In this document: piece by piece, positions 39,819 to 39,848 of the stretch
Layout of the letters: every line of letters starts with the position of its first letter
Position numbering within the stretch: the first letter of the stretch is position 1
Assembly: GCA_964424045.1 (NCBI GenBank)
Contig: CAYRHV010000002.1
Location: 1-39,848, forward strand
Direction of reading: 5' to 3'
DNA length: 39,848 bases
Source: an uncultured Ottowia sp.
GTDB taxonomy: Bacteria; Pseudomonadota; Gammaproteobacteria; Burkholderiales; Burkholderiaceae_C
Made by a program: the position numbers and the translations under genes
The notes under the pieces: model-generated
Told to the model about the DNA's origin: nothing
The model's input: only the letters and a program-made list of their open reading frames with translations
Databases searched by the model: none

Positions 39819-39832
39819 GGAACACGATGATG

Positions 39833-39848
39833 TTCCCTTCACCCGCTC
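39833..39848 (+). other. Probable ICE att direct repeat (copy of a tRNA-Gly 3' end), cut by the window edge
   Basis: TTCCCTTCACCCGCTC matches the tRNA-Gly end ...TTCCCTTCACCCGCTCCA; no GTTCGA T-loop upstream, so not a full tRNA. Confidence 0.7.

Noticed and set aside
39780-39848. Complete tRNA gene at the window end
   Set aside because: Only the 3' acceptor-side portion matches; no T-loop GTTCGA, anticodon arm or D arm

Overview
GC-rich proteobacterial DNA. The window appears to be the distal end of an ICEclc/PAGI-2/PFGI-1-type integrative conjugative element. Bases 1-9258 hold the conserved minus-strand backbone (topB, ssb, inrR-like, PFL_4669-like, STY4528-like replication protein, bisC/DUF2857, bisD/parB, shi, parA, alpA, bisR-like). 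A ~28 kb metal-resistance cargo follows, bracketed by two outward-pointing TciR-like LysR genes, and the window ends in a copy of a tRNA-Gly 3' end (probable att site) next to an IHF consensus. The cargo contains cusCBA-type RND efflux, a Cu(I) P1B-ATPase, copAB/copI/cusF/copRS, a second multicopper oxidase, an intact IS3-family element, and an rcnR - atypical P1B-ATPase - His-rich EamA operon. Highlights: (1) a PHA-synthase-like DUF3141 gene carrying a copy of the Cu-ATPase CueR-type promoter and His-rich N-terminus plus a YVTN-propeller-like tail; (2) a putative Ni/Co system built on a P1B-ATPase with GACG/HVASE instead of CPC; (3) an origin-like array inside the rep gene; (4) a multicopper oxidase with an axial Leu. 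All family assignments come from motif recognition and gene order; no database search was run.
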